DNA of 63,271 nucleotides from a virus (Duplodnaviria; Caudoviricetes): the IMG/VR virus record IMGVR_UViG_3300023174_000169, positions 1 to 63,271 of that record. One strand, given 5' to 3'. The notes below the pieces were generated by a model, which was given only the letters and a program-made list of their open reading frames with translations, had not been told where the DNA came from and did not search any database. The translations under genes and the position numbers were made by a program. Below, piece after piece: positions 1-7,976 of the stretch (positions are counted from its first letter, which is position 1; every line of letters begins with the position of its first letter).

Positions 1-57
1 AATGTCGAAAAAGACGATCAAACGAATGGCAAAAACAACATCCTGAAAGAACCAATC

Positions 58-255
58 ATGAAAAATACACAACCTAACTCTTGGACATTGACTGTCAAAG
101 ATGATCCCGAAACAGGTGACGCAATACTGATCTTCCCTCCAGACTTGCTAGAACAAGCAGGATGGAAAGAAGGTGATACTTTAAATTGGATCGACCAAAA
201 AGACGGTAGTTGGCGTTTGGAAAAGGTTGACAAGTCTGTTGAAAAGAGTGTATAA
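58..255 (+). CDS. AbrB/MazE/SpoVT-like small DNA-binding protein
   Basis: 65 aa with a swapped-hairpin-like pattern 'GDAILIFPPDLLEQAGWKEGDTLNW', typical of AbrB-like phage proteins. The frame is open to the window edge, so the start is uncertain. Confidence 0.55.
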   Translation: MKNTQPNSWTLTVKDDPETGDAILIFPPDLLEQAGWKEGDTLNWIDQKDGSWRLEKVDKSVEKSV

Positions 256-256
256 T
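227..256 (+). promoter_or_regulatory. sigma70-type promoter (TTGACA-18 nt-TATAAT)
   Basis: Exact consensus TTGACA at 227-232 and TATAAT at 251-256. The ATG of the next gene is at 262. Confidence 0.75.
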
Positions 257-261
257 ATACT

Positions 262-1116
262 ATGAGCAAAATTAAAATCGCAGAGCTGTTTTACAGTATA
301 CAAGGTGAAGGACGCTATATGGGTGTGCCTTCTGTTTTCTTACGCACATTTGGCTGTAACTTCAAGTGTGCTGGCTTTGGTATGCCACGTGGCGAACTAA
401 GCACAGAAGTTGAAGCCATTGCAGAACGTGTTGCAGAATTTAAAGATTACAATGAACTGCCATTAGTATCAACTGGCTGTGACAGTTATGCTAGTTGGGA
501 TCCTCGATTTAAAGACCTAAGTCCAATGCTTACAAGCGATGCTATTGCAGATCGCATTATGGAAATACTTCCATACAATGAATGGCTAGATGAACATTTA
601 GTTATCACAGGTGGAGAACCATTGTTAGGTTGGCAACGTGCTTATCCAGAGTTGTTAGATAATCCCAAGATGGCAGGCTTGAAAGAGATCACGTTTGAAA
701 CAAACGGTACTCAAAAATTATCACCAGAATTTAAAGATTATCTTGTACAATGGCAAATGCCTAACATAGATTTTGCTAGAGAAATTACATTTTCAGTAAG
801 TGCTAAACTTCCGTGTAGTGGTGAGAAGTGGGAAGAAGCTATCCTTCCAGAAGTTGTTTGTGAGTACGAAGAAGTTGGTACAGCCTACTTGAAGTTTGTT
901 ATTGCTACGGAAGAAGATCGTGATTATGCTCTTAAAGCCGCAAGCGAATATCGTGCCGCAGGATTTAAAGGGCATGTGTACCTAATGCCAGTGGGCGGCG
1001 TTGAAAGTGTCTACGCACTAAACAACAAGGCTGTGGCTATTATGGCTATGAAACACGGTTTAAGATATAGTGATAGACTGCAGGTGCCGTTATTTAAAAA
1101 TGAATGGGGAACCTAA
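262..1116 (+). CDS. queE: 7-carboxy-7-deazaguanine synthase-like radical SAM enzyme (QueE/NrdG family)
   Basis: N-terminal 'ELFYSIQGEG...PSVFLRTFGCNFKC', later 'GCDS', 'VITGGEPLL', 'FETNGT', 'SVSAKL', 'LKFVI', 'YLMP' and 'RYSDRLQ', all QueE-family motifs. Confidence 0.8.
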   Translation: MSKIKIAELFYSIQGEGRYMGVPSVFLRTFGCNFKCAGFGMPRGELSTEVEAIAERVAEFKDYNELPLVSTGCDSYASWDPRFKDLSPMLTSDAIADRIMEILPYNEWLDEHLVITGGEPLLGWQRAYPELLDNPKMAGLKEITFETNGTQKLSPEFKDYLVQWQMPNIDFAREITFSVSAKLPCSGEKWEEAILPEVVCEYEEVGTAYLKFVIATEEDRDYALKAASEYRAAGFKGHVYLMPVGGVESVYALNNKAVAIMAMKHGLRYSDRLQVPLFKNEWGT

Positions 1117-1556
1117 TGAAAAAATTTGTAGAAAAATTATTTGGCATTGACAAAATTAAAGCAGAAACTGCGGCTGCTGTAAAGCTAGCAGAGGAATCAA
1201 CAAAACTTGCTAAAGATGCTGTTGATGCCGCAGAACGTGCCAAGGCTGCTGAAGAACTTGCTCGAATGAATCCAAAAGATCGTGCAACCAAATTAAAAGA
1301 GCCGTGGGTTGGTGTACTTGAAACTCACGTAAACAAAGACAATATTCGCAACGGTTTTTTTGAGCTTGACTGGAACGACCTTTTTGTGTTAAAATTAAAA
1401 CAAGAAGGATATGGTTTTGATGGCGACAAAGATGAAGAAATTGTTGATCGTTGGTTCCGTGAACTTTGTGCCAATGTTGTAGTAGATGGTGATTTTGGCG
1501 GCCCTGTAAATACAGGTGTTATTGACATTAAAAGCGTAAAAAGAAATAATCAATGA
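1116..1556 (+). CDS. hypothetical protein (coiled-coil N-terminus)
   Basis: ORF track gives 1104-1556. ATG 1116 overlaps the queE stop (TAATG) and has GGGGA upstream, so it is the more likely start. Confidence 0.75.
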   Translation: MKKFVEKLFGIDKIKAETAAAVKLAEESTKLAKDAVDAAERAKAAEELARMNPKDRATKLKEPWVGVLETHVNKDNIRNGFFELDWNDLFVLKLKQEGYGFDGDKDEEIVDRWFRELCANVVVDGDFGGPVNTGVIDIKSVKRNNQ

Positions 1557-2563
1557 ACTATATTTTAGTAGATACAGCAAACACATTTTTTCGTGCTAGA
1601 CACGTTATCAACGGAGACGCTGATATCAAACTAGGCATGGCCTTTCATATCACGCTAAACAGTATTAAAAAAGCATGGCAGCAATTTAACGGCAGTCATG
1701 TCGTATTCTGCTTAGAAGGTCGCTCGTGGCGCAAAGACTACTACAAGCCCTACAAGGCGCAACGTGCCGCTAGTCGTGCCGCCCATACAGAGCGTGAAGC
1801 AGAAGAAGAAAAAGTGTTTTGGGAAGCATTTGACACTTTTAAAGATTTTATTACAGATAAAACAAACTGTACTGTGCTACAAAATCCACGACTAGAAGCA
1901 GACGATTTAATTGCTGGCTTTATTCAAAGCCATCCAAACGATAATCATATTATCATTAGCACAGACACAGATTTTGTACAATTGATTGCTCCAAATGTAA
2001 CGCAATACAACGGTGTTATGGAACATGTTATTACACATGAAGGAATCTTTGATGACAAGGGCAAGAGAATTATCGACAAGAAAACTAAAGAACCGAAAGC
2101 AATCCCAAATCCAGAATGGCTCTTGTTCGAAAAATGTATGCGTGGTGATACCAGTGATAATGTCTTCTCGGCGTATCCAGGTGTGCGTACTAAAGGCACA
2201 AGCAAAAAAGTGGGTCTTACTGAAGCGTTCGAAGACCGTAAAGGCCGCGGATATGCGTGGAACAATCTCATGCTTCAGAGATGGACTGACCATGAAGGTA
2301 AAGAACACAGAGTCTTAGAAGATTACGAACGCAATCGCCGTCTCATCGATCTAAATCATCAGCCCGACGACATTAAACAAATTATTTCTGATACCATTAC
2401 AACTGCAACTGGTGCAAATAAAAATGTTAGCCAGGTAGGCATTAGACTTATTAAATTTTGTAATCTTTATGATCTTAAAAAGATTGCCGATCAGGCACAG
2501 GCGTATGCTGAACCATTAAATGCAAGATATGTAAATGAAGTAACTGTTGGAGAAACCGTATGA
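1553..2563 (+). CDS. rnh: T4 RNase H-like 5'-3' exonuclease / flap endonuclease
   Basis: 'YILVDTAN', 'SWRKDYY..YK', 'LEADDLIA', 'IISTDTDFVQL' and 'GDTSDNV' are the acidic active-site motifs of the FEN/T4 RNase H family. Confidence 0.88.
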   Translation: MNYILVDTANTFFRARHVINGDADIKLGMAFHITLNSIKKAWQQFNGSHVVFCLEGRSWRKDYYKPYKAQRAASRAAHTEREAEEEKVFWEAFDTFKDFITDKTNCTVLQNPRLEADDLIAGFIQSHPNDNHIIISTDTDFVQLIAPNVTQYNGVMEHVITHEGIFDDKGKRIIDKKTKEPKAIPNPEWLLFEKCMRGDTSDNVFSAYPGVRTKGTSKKVGLTEAFEDRKGRGYAWNNLMLQRWTDHEGKEHRVLEDYERNRRLIDLNHQPDDIKQIISDTITTATGANKNVSQVGIRLIKFCNLYDLKKIADQAQAYAEPLNARYVNEVTVGETV

Positions 2564-3036
2564 CACACATACAAGCAAAACCAATCATTGAAAACAAATT
2601 CTGGATTGTCGAACAAGACGGCGAGAAGATTGCCACTCTAAGAAAAATTGAAGATGAAAAATTTGTTCTAAGCAATGTAACTGGTATTAAAATTTATGAT
2701 AACAAAGAAAGTCTTACAAAGCAATTTGGTAAAGATTTCTTTGTAGTTAAAATTCTTAAAGAAAGCAACGACTCGTTGCCAACTGAGGTACATGGATATC
2801 CGTGTTCGGTGATTCCTCATAACTCAATGTTTGATGTACAAAGAAAGTTACCACTGTTTACAAAGAGTGGTGATTCAAAAAGTTTATATTGTTCAGGTTA
2901 TTATGTAATTAGATTTGATAAAGGTTGGGTTAAATCATTTTGTCCTAAACTTATCACATTACAAAGATACGAATATAAAGGTCCGTTTAAAACAGAACTT
3001 GAAATGAAACAGGTACTTACTAATGTCTCAAAATAA
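2560..3036 (+). CDS. hypothetical protein
   Basis: 158-aa ORF with ATGA overlap on the upstream stop and GGAG upstream. Confidence 0.75.
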   Translation: MTHIQAKPIIENKFWIVEQDGEKIATLRKIEDEKFVLSNVTGIKIYDNKESLTKQFGKDFFVVKILKESNDSLPTEVHGYPCSVIPHNSMFDVQRKLPLFTKSGDSKSLYCSGYYVIRFDKGWVKSFCPKLITLQRYEYKGPFKTELEMKQVLTNVSK

Positions 3037-3271
3037 TCTACCGGCTAATTTGCCTAGTGTTGATAGACTAATACAAAGAGTAAATGTTGCTGAAAGAAGC
3101 CAACAAAAAGAAGTACGCATTACAATACAAGAAGCAAAAGAACTTACGCAAGAGTTAGCTATCATGACAGCTAAACTTGGCAAAACAGTTCAAGAAATAC
3201 ACGAAATGCTATCACAGATACGTGATAACACACAAAACGTTGAAGTAAAATTTGACGGTGGAAGCTTCTAA
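3023..3271 (+). CDS. hypothetical protein (helical)
   Basis: 82-aa ORF overlapping the upstream gene, in operon orientation. Confidence 0.7.
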   Translation: MSQNNLPANLPSVDRLIQRVNVAERSQQKEVRITIQEAKELTQELAIMTAKLGKTVQEIHEMLSQIRDNTQNVEVKFDGGSF

Positions 3272-3276
3272 AAAGG

Positions 3277-3284
3277 TATAAATA
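3277..3284 (+). promoter_or_regulatory. T4-type late promoter TATAAATA
   Basis: Exact T4 gp55 consensus in an intergenic gap; a gp55 homologue is encoded in this window. Confidence 0.7.
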
Positions 3285-3314
3285 TATACGTGGTTATTTG
3301 GAACACGTATATAT
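3282..3314 (+). promoter_or_regulatory. RNA hairpin sequestering the start codon of the downstream gene
   Basis: Perfect 11-bp inverted repeat ATATATACGTG (3282-3292) / CACGTATATAT (3304-3314). The right arm includes the AT of ATG 3313. Confidence 0.65.
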
Positions 3315-3597
3315 GAGCAGACCTAAACCTAAAGTGATACTTGAACATGCAAATAAGGAAACTTTCAAAATTGAACAAATTCTTGAAAGCGAAGCTATTT
3401 GGGCAGTGTTCTACAAAGAACAGCCTTTTAATCTTAAAAGCGGAAGTCTTGTGGCCAGCTATCCAGGACCAAAGTACAAGAAGGTTAGCTTTTCTAATCC
3501 CGGTCACGCACACAACTTGGCAAAGAAATTAAACAAACTTTTTAAGACAACGGATTTTGAAGTTTATAAATTATCACAAGGCGAAAAACTAAAATGA
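3313..3597 (+). CDS. hypothetical protein (basic, about 94 aa)
   Basis: The ORF track starts at TTG 3298. ATG 3313 (MSRPKP) is preferred, with GGA at 3300-3302 upstream. Confidence 0.75.
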   Translation: MSRPKPKVILEHANKETFKIEQILESEAIWAVFYKEQPFNLKSGSLVASYPGPKYKKVSFSNPGHAHNLAKKLNKLFKTTDFEVYKLSQGEKLK

Positions 3598-3998
3598 CCA
3601 ATATCAAGGATACCTATACCTTGGTATTCTTGAAAGCAGCTGGCGAAACTGCAGATACCAATGCTGTTGAAAAAGTAAAGAATCATTGGTGGTTAAACTT
3701 ACGCAATAAAGATGAAGGTGGACTACGACTCACTGATCTAGGTCTCAAGTTTATCAAAGAGCGAGCAGATATCAAAGCATACGATATCAAACTTCCAAAA
3801 GAAATAAAAATAACTCCACAAATTCTAGTATGGTTAGACCAATTTATCAATGCCCCTTGGCATCTTGATAAAGGTGTCATAACTGTTCTTTCAGAAAAAG
3901 CAGCTTTTGAATTGTATCTATTTTCAGGCGATGTTAGAAAAATGGGTCATGCAAAAGCAATGTCAAAACGTCTTAGCCAAGAATCCCACCCCCTGTAA
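3594..3998 (+). CDS. hypothetical protein
   Basis: 134-aa ORF with ATGA overlap on the upstream stop. Confidence 0.75.
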   Translation: MTNIKDTYTLVFLKAAGETADTNAVEKVKNHWWLNLRNKDEGGLRLTDLGLKFIKERADIKAYDIKLPKEIKITPQILVWLDQFINAPWHLDKGVITVLSEKAAFELYLFSGDVRKMGHAKAMSKRLSQESHPL

Positions 3999-4006
3999 TT
4001 TCACTT

Positions 4007-4014
4007 TATAAATA
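4007..4014 (+). promoter_or_regulatory. T4-type late promoter TATAAATA
   Basis: Exact consensus in a 23-nt intergenic gap, 7 nt before ATG 4022. Confidence 0.7.
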
Positions 4015-4021
4015 TCATACT

Positions 4022-4291
4022 ATGTTTGATTTAAACCCTCTTGATGTTTTAGAAAAAAGAAAGGTAGATCGTCTACCCGAGCACTTTTCCAAAATTTTTA
4101 TTTCTGATAGAGATTTTTTCTACAATGAAATGGAAGATTGGATTAGGAGTAAGTTACGTGGCAGATATGCTATTAAACAAATTCCTAATCTTGACAAAGA
4201 TGGTAAACTAAAAACTTCTACGTTTGTAGGGTTCGAAGATGAAAAAGAACTAACATTTTTTATGTTAGCATGTCCAAAATTTAGGAGATAA
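4022..4291 (+). CDS. hypothetical protein
   Basis: 89-aa ORF directly after a late promoter motif. Confidence 0.7.
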   Translation: MFDLNPLDVLEKRKVDRLPEHFSKIFISDRDFFYNEMEDWIRSKLRGRYAIKQIPNLDKDGKLKTSTFVGFEDEKELTFFMLACPKFRR

Positions 4292-4292
4292 C

Positions 4293-4514
4293 ATGACAGA
4301 AGAATTGAAACAAGAAGCTCCTGCTCAAGAAGCAGCACCCGCAACAGATGCTCCACAAGCACCCGATTTGAATATCAATGATTTAAATGCTCTCAAAAGC
4401 ATAATTGATGTTGCTACACAACGTGGCGCATTCAAAGCAGCCGAAATGGAAGCTGTTGGTAAAGTATATAACCGATTGAATACATTCCTCGATTCAGTCA
4501 CTAAAAAGGAATAA
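4293..4514 (+). CDS. hypothetical protein
   Basis: 73-aa ORF with a strong SD (AGGAG) upstream. Confidence 0.75.
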   Translation: MTEELKQEAPAQEAAPATDAPQAPDLNINDLNALKSIIDVATQRGAFKAAEMEAVGKVYNRLNTFLDSVTKKE

Positions 4515-4516
4515 AA

Positions 4517-5143
4517 ATGAAAACATTAAAGCACATTGGTAGAATTAAAAATACAGGGGCGAAAGTTGTTGTTGCGTTTAGAACACTTCCTGGAGATTCA
4601 GCATCCGCATTGGTACTAGGTGCCAATACCTTAAATGATTCCTATCATGATGCTTTGATGACTCTTCTTGAGACTGATCAAGCACAAGATGCATTTGAGT
4701 TTGGTGAAATGCTACATATCCGTATGTTCCCAGATGGTCGTCCAATGCTTAAAGCATTACAACAAGATGGCCGTTTACAAAAGGTAGCAACAGATAACGT
4801 TATTATGACTCCGTCAACTAATAGCGAAATTCAATTGTCCGAATTAAATGTATTGATTGCAGAACAACGCAACTGTTCAATTGACGACTTGTGTAATTTT
4901 GTTGCAGGAGCTCCGGCAAAAACTACAACAAAAAAATCAGAACCAGCTAAAGTAGAAAGTGAAGCTGCTGCCCCATTAGTTGCTACAGAAGGCGCAGTTC
5001 TTAGCGATACTGACATTGCTAAAAATTATCGTAGTCAAGCAGATGCTATGTATAAAGAAGCAGCAAGACTACGTAAACAAGCAGACGAGTTAGATCCACC
5101 TAAGAAGAAAGCAACTAAAGCAGCTGAAACTGAAAGTGCCTAA
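4517..5143 (+). CDS. hypothetical protein (Lys/Ala-rich C-terminal part)
   Basis: 208-aa ORF with SD AAGGA upstream. Confidence 0.8.
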   Translation: MKTLKHIGRIKNTGAKVVVAFRTLPGDSASALVLGANTLNDSYHDALMTLLETDQAQDAFEFGEMLHIRMFPDGRPMLKALQQDGRLQKVATDNVIMTPSTNSEIQLSELNVLIAEQRNCSIDDLCNFVAGAPAKTTTKKSEPAKVESEAAAPLVATEGAVLSDTDIAKNYRSQADAMYKEAARLRKQADELDPPKKKATKAAETESA

Positions 5144-5441
5144 AAAATTGTTTAAGCCGCCAACACACATTGTAAAGAAGTGGCCGGAGGTGTTCGAAGA
5201 TTTATACATGAACACCATGCCGGTCGCCTATCTCAATTCTATTAAATTAGAATTTAAAAATGGGCGAGTTTGGGAGATACGTGTTCCCGACCTGTTGGCC
5301 AAAGCAGAAGCTGATGATGTAGCTGATAAACTTCTAGATATATTTCAAGAATACAATGAAGAAATTAGTAAACTAGATTTTGAAATTGATGTTGAAAAAT
5401 TGAAAGAAGATATTGCAAAAGAAACCAAAAAGTTTTTATAA
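5136..5441 (+). CDS. hypothetical acidic protein
   Basis: 101-aa ORF with a GTG start overlapping the upstream gene; last gene of the + block. Confidence 0.7.
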   Translation: MPKKLFKPPTHIVKKWPEVFEDLYMNTMPVAYLNSIKLEFKNGRVWEIRVPDLLAKAEADDVADKLLDIFQEYNEEISKLDFEIDVEKLKEDIAKETKKFL

Positions 5442-6056
5442 TTTTATTTGGGGGTGAGCATTTATAAAATCGTCTTTATAAAACTCTACTCGTTTCATAA
5501 AGAATTTTAAATTTTTATAAAGGCTAATAGATTCATTGTATTCAATAATGTCAATTTCGCTACTCTTAGGAACCCCAATTTGAAACATTGGGGTTTCTTT
5601 TCTTTTTAATATCCACAATTTTTTAAACCCTTTGTTATAATCTATATTCCTTTTTGCTGTTTGGTATTCTAGATGTCCAGGATAGCCGTTTGATTTAGAA
5701 TAATTTACTGCTAGTTCTTGTTCAACTGATTCCCATGAGTATACATATTTAGAAATATTCGGTATGTCCTCAATAGGTAGTGTAGAAAACAAATAGGCAG
5801 TTATTGTTTGTTGTTTAGCGAAAACCGATGCATATAATCTATTATAGCCCGGATGTATTGAAAACTTATCTAGTTCAGGATAATAATTGACTGTTATAGG
5901 ATCTATATTATCTTGAGAAACAAATTTATAGATATTATAAAATTTATTTAAATTAGTTTTAGAAGATATAAAATCTTCTAATTTAATCCAAACATCTGGT
6001 AATATTTCTTTGTCCGATTCTGGAACTTTGAGAACAATCAAATAACTATAAATCAT
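5436..6056 (-). CDS. hypothetical protein (possible degenerate ParB/Srx-like fold)
   Basis: 206-aa AT-rich ORF. 'DPITV...FSIHPGYNRLYA' resembles the ParB/Srx G-x-x-R motif (weak). Last gene of the long minus-strand block. Confidence 0.6.
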   Translation of the reverse strand: MIYSYLIVLKVPESDKEILPDVWIKLEDFISSKTNLNKFYNIYKFVSQDNIDPITVNYYPELDKFSIHPGYNRLYASVFAKQQTITAYLFSTLPIEDIPNISKYVYSWESVEQELAVNYSKSNGYPGHLEYQTAKRNIDYNKGFKKLWILKRKETPMFQIGVPKSSEIDIIEYNESISLYKNLKFFMKRVEFYKDDFINAHPQIKL

Positions 6057-6765
6057 AATGTTCTTTAAGATAGGGCACCATTATTTCTGTTGTCCACTTT
6101 GCATGACCTGCTTCATTGTGATGCCCGGTCTCAGTTACAGTTTCTTTAGCAACATTATTCAACCATGAGGAAAATGCTTCACCAACATAATTTGAATTTT
6201 CTTCGATGTGTTTTATTAAAATTGGCATTTGGTCCAAAGAAATATTGTCCCATCTCTTTGAAAACAAAGATGTTGTTGCATCTTCAAACCAACAAAATTT
6301 ACACTTATGAGATTTTAATGTATATATTATTCCTGCCATATATCCAAGCCATGTTCGTGCCCAGTGTTCGTCTGAAGTAAGTTTACCGTAGAATAATTGT
6401 AATCCAGTGTGTGCCTTTCCGCCTTGATATTCAAGAGCATCTGGACTTTGGATATTGATTCTTTTAACTGCCGGCAGGCCAATATCTTGTAAAAGTACGA
6501 ATCGGTGAGTTATTGAACTAACCTGTACTATAACTATATCATCTTTTTGTTCTTTTGTTTTTGTGATACAATAATTTAGAACATTGTGATATATTTCATC
6601 TATTGGGCTACCGCAATGGGATCTATTTTCTACTTCAATTCCTAATTCTCTAGATACCAATGCAGGCCACGCATAGTTACTAGGTGTATCTATATCAACA
6701 GCTGACCAGTCGCTAAGTCCATGACCAACGCTATGACTGGTTCCAAATACTACAATCTTAGGCAT
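6046..6765 (-). CDS. SGNH/GDSL hydrolase-fold protein (esterase or O-acyltransferase-like)
   Basis: Block I-like 'IVVFGTSHSVG', block II-like 'NRSHCGS' and C-terminal 'TGHHNEAGHAKW' resembling the D-x-x-H-P-x-x-x-G-H block. Confidence 0.65.
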   Translation of the reverse strand: MPKIVVFGTSHSVGHGLSDWSAVDIDTPSNYAWPALVSRELGIEVENRSHCGSPIDEIYHNVLNYCITKTKEQKDDIVIVQVSSITHRFVLLQDIGLPAVKRINIQSPDALEYQGGKAHTGLQLFYGKLTSDEHWARTWLGYMAGIIYTLKSHKCKFCWFEDATTSLFSKRWDNISLDQMPILIKHIEENSNYVGEAFSSWLNNVAKETVTETGHHNEAGHAKWTTEIMVPYLKEHYDL

Positions 6766-7976
6766 TACAGATCCTTGTACTCGGGAAATATCTCATAAAA
6801 ATTTTCATTTCTAATTTTGTCAAGGCGATCGTTGACGTTACTCCATCTAACTATCCACCCTGTATTTCCTGGTTCTTTAAGTAAACTGATAGCACTTTCA
6901 TATCCTGCAATTACTCCATCACAATTTTTAAAAGTTTTTAGCCAATCAATATGACCTGTATACAATGCTGTTAGTGTTTCTTTATGATTAGATGGAAGAT
7001 TTTTTATATTATACCAGTCAGGCCCAAATAGCAAGTTGACTGTGAAATCTTGGGGTTGAATGAATCCCAATTCGACCCATTCTTTGTGCAACTCAACAAT
7101 ATTGTATGCATTTAAAATACTCAATGTACAACTTATGCTAAACGCTACATTAGGGCAATCTGTCATTAGAATTTTTCTGTTTTTAACAACTTCATGCCAA
7201 TCTATATTTTTTCTTATGTACTCGCCTTTTTCGTGACTGCCATCTAGACTTGCTGAAACAATAACTGTTTTAAATTTTTTCCAATAGTCAACGACATTAT
7301 GTTCTTTGTAGGTAAGTTTGCTAAAGTTTGTATTATAAGAAATATTTACATTGGTTCGATTGTTGTCAATCAACCATTGTAATACTTCATAATGCTGATC
7401 AGTAATTAGTGGTTCACCGCCGGCAAAATAGATATCGGTAACTGTTTGTAGAATAGGTTCTAATGAGGCTAGTGTAACATCACTATCTAGTTTTTTTTCT
7501 ATTGTAATCTTTGGATACATCTTTTGATGATCAGAGTACCATGATGAACTAAACTGAGGACTACAGGTTCTACATTTTAAATTGCATTTATTATTAAATC
7601 TTATATCAAGATATTTAATGTCTAGCTTTTCTAAATTATAATCGTCAGTTATATCTTTACGTATTTTTTTAAATTGATCTTCATAACGTTCATTTATGCC
7701 TTGTCGTAGGCTAGGCATACCAACTTTTTCAGCATTCCAACAATGATTACAACTGGCATGCTTTACGCCATTAGACAGATCTTTTCTAAGATCTATCATT
7801 TTTTGATCGTTGTAAAATTCTATAACAGATTCGTTAGAATTGTACTTTATACCTTCTAATTTGCTTATGCAACAGGGACGTACATCATTAGTTGTATCCA
7901 CATACAATGATAGGTAAGGTGCCATGCAAAATGTGTCTGCACTAGAAATATCTTTTTGTTTCTTGAATAAGTTCAT
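6765..7976 (-). CDS. radical SAM protein with N-terminal twitch (half-SPASM) domain
   Basis: N-terminal 'FCMAPY..DVRPCC...CNHCWNAE.VG..SLR', then CNLKCRTC and 'YFAGGEP'. Confidence 0.88.
   Translation of the reverse strand: MNLFKKQKDISSADTFCMAPYLSLYVDTTNDVRPCCISKLEGIKYNSNESVIEFYNDQKMIDLRKDLSNGVKHASCNHCWNAEKVGMPSLRQGINERYEDQFKKIRKDITDDYNLEKLDIKYLDIRFNNKCNLKCRTCSPQFSSSWYSDHQKMYPKITIEKKLDSDVTLASLEPILQTVTDIYFAGGEPLITDQHYEVLQWLIDNNRTNVNISYNTNFSKLTYKEHNVVDYWKKFKTVIVSASLDGSHEKGEYIRKNIDWHEVVKNRKILMTDCPNVAFSISCTLSILNAYNIVELHKEWVELGFIQPQDFTVNLLFGPDWYNIKNLPSNHKETLTALYTGHIDWLKTFKNCDGVIAGYESAISLLKEPGNTGWIVRWSNVNDRLDKIRNENFYEIFPEYKDL

Noticed and set aside
1-77. 3' end of an upstream gene at the left edge
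   Set aside because: More than one frame is open over this short stretch, so it cannot be assigned without upstream sequence.
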